64,000 bases of DNA from assembly GCA_963696385.1 (NCBI GenBank), contig CAVOKF010000007.1, positions 1,056,001 through 1,120,000 of the forward strand, written 5' to 3'. The notes beneath the pieces are model-generated. The model made no database searches. It was not told the origin of the DNA and saw nothing but the letters and a program-made list of their open reading frames with translations. Position 1 is the stretch's first letter; each line of letters begins with the position of its first letter. Positions 63,100 to 64,000 of the stretch are shown piece by piece. The position numbers were made by a program, and so were the translations under genes. The DNA is from an uncultured delta proteobacterium (GTDB lineage Bacteria; Myxococcota_A; Polyangia; Polyangiales; Polyangiaceae).

Positions 63100-64000
63100 C
63101 GACGCAGACCGAGCTTCAAGAGGATCCGCAGACGATCCGGGCCCGCAATCGGATCGGCGTCGTCATCCACGACAAGTGGAAGCTCGATTCGTTGTTGGGC
63201 GTCGGCGGGATGGCGGCGGTGTACGCCGCGACGCATCGGAACGGAAAGCGCGTTGCCGTGAAGATGCTGCACGCCGAGTTCAGTCACGAGGACGAAGTGC
63301 GGACGCGCTTTCTGCGCGAGGGATACGCAGCCAACACCATCCAGCACGCGGGAGCCGTGAGCGTTCTCGATGACGATCTCGCGCCCGACGGATCGGCGTT
63401 CCTGGTGATGGAGCTGCTCGAGGGTGAGACGGTCGAGCGGCGATGGGAGAGAAGCGAGCATCGAATGGCGACCACCGATGTGCTGTTCGTCGCGGACCAG
63501 CTGCTCGACGTGCTCGCCGCAGCCCACGACAAGAACGTGGTGCATCGCGACATCAAACCGGAGAACCTGTTCATCACGCAAAGCGGGGTGCTCAAGGTCC
63601 TCGATTTCGGAATCGCGAAGGTGTTCGAGAGGCCGCACCCCCGGGCCACGGCGACCCGGGCGGGAATGATCATGGGAACCCCTGCCTTCATGGCGCCCGA
63701 ACAAGCGCGCGGGCGATGGGACGAGGTGGATCGTCGCACCGATCTCTGGGCCGTAGGCGCCACGATGTTCACGTTGCTCGCCGGACGGCACGTCCATGTC
63801 GCGGATTCGAGCCAAGAGCAGCTGATTTTGAGTGCGACGCAGCCGGCTCCGACGCTCGCGTCGGTCGTCGCCGACGTTCCAGACGACGTCTTGGCGATCG
63901 TCGATCGCGCTTTGGCGTTCGATCGGGCCAACCGGTGGCCGAGCGCGAGGGCGATGCAAACCGCCGTGCAACAAGCACTCCGCGCCGCCGGCGTGCCGGC
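63096..64000 (+). CDS. Ser/Thr protein kinase, runs off window
   Basis: Manual translation from ATG 63096: GVGGMAAVY, VAVKML, HRDIKPEN, DFG, GTPAFMAPEQ. Confidence 0.9.
   Translation, partial: MTTQTELQEDPQTIRARNRIGVVIHDKWKLDSLLGVGGMAAVYAATHRNGKRVAVKMLHAEFSHEDEVRTRFLREGYAANTIQHAGAVSVLDDDLAPDGSAFLVMELLEGETVERRWERSEHRMATTDVLFVADQLLDVLAAAHDKNVVHRDIKPENLFITQSGVLKVLDFGIAKVFERPHPRATATRAGMIMGTPAFMAPEQARGRWDEVDRRTDLWAVGATMFTLLAGRHVHVADSSQEQLILSATQPAPTLASVVADVPDDVLAIVDRALAFDRANRWPSARAMQTAVQQALRAAGVP

Overview
GC-rich chromosomal window whose gene content points to a myxobacterium, probably of the Polyangiaceae/Sorangiineae type (inference). Evidence: Glt/Nfs-like gliding-apparatus genes, several Hanks-type Ser/Thr kinases, Cys-rich lipoproteins and a MYXO-CTERM-like protein. 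About 48 CDS are present. Housekeeping genes include a RluA-type pseudouridine synthase, mscS, argD, argJ, an rlmI-like methyltransferase, ftsEX-envC, thiD, pfp, citrate synthase, pilD, rarA, pgeF, cystathionine beta-synthase and two DsbA-like proteins. Highlights: (1) an intact but apparently catalytically dead P1B-type ATPase; (2) a kinase-degenerate cyclase-STAND ATPase-TPR protein translationally coupled to a patatin phospholipase, divergent from a J-domain/TPR gene; (3) an OM barrel-hypothetical-gltC-D-E-F-G-like cluster split by an antisense ~1250-aa Cys-repeat lipoprotein gene; (4) four +1 frameshifts, three of which convert GATC to GA(A/T)TC, suggesting motif-dependent sequencing errors; (5) a GGGGTC repeat upstream of ftsE, a kinase relic and candidate regulatory repeats. 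No rRNA, tRNA, CRISPR array or transposase was recognised. Family calls come from motifs read by eye, not database searches.
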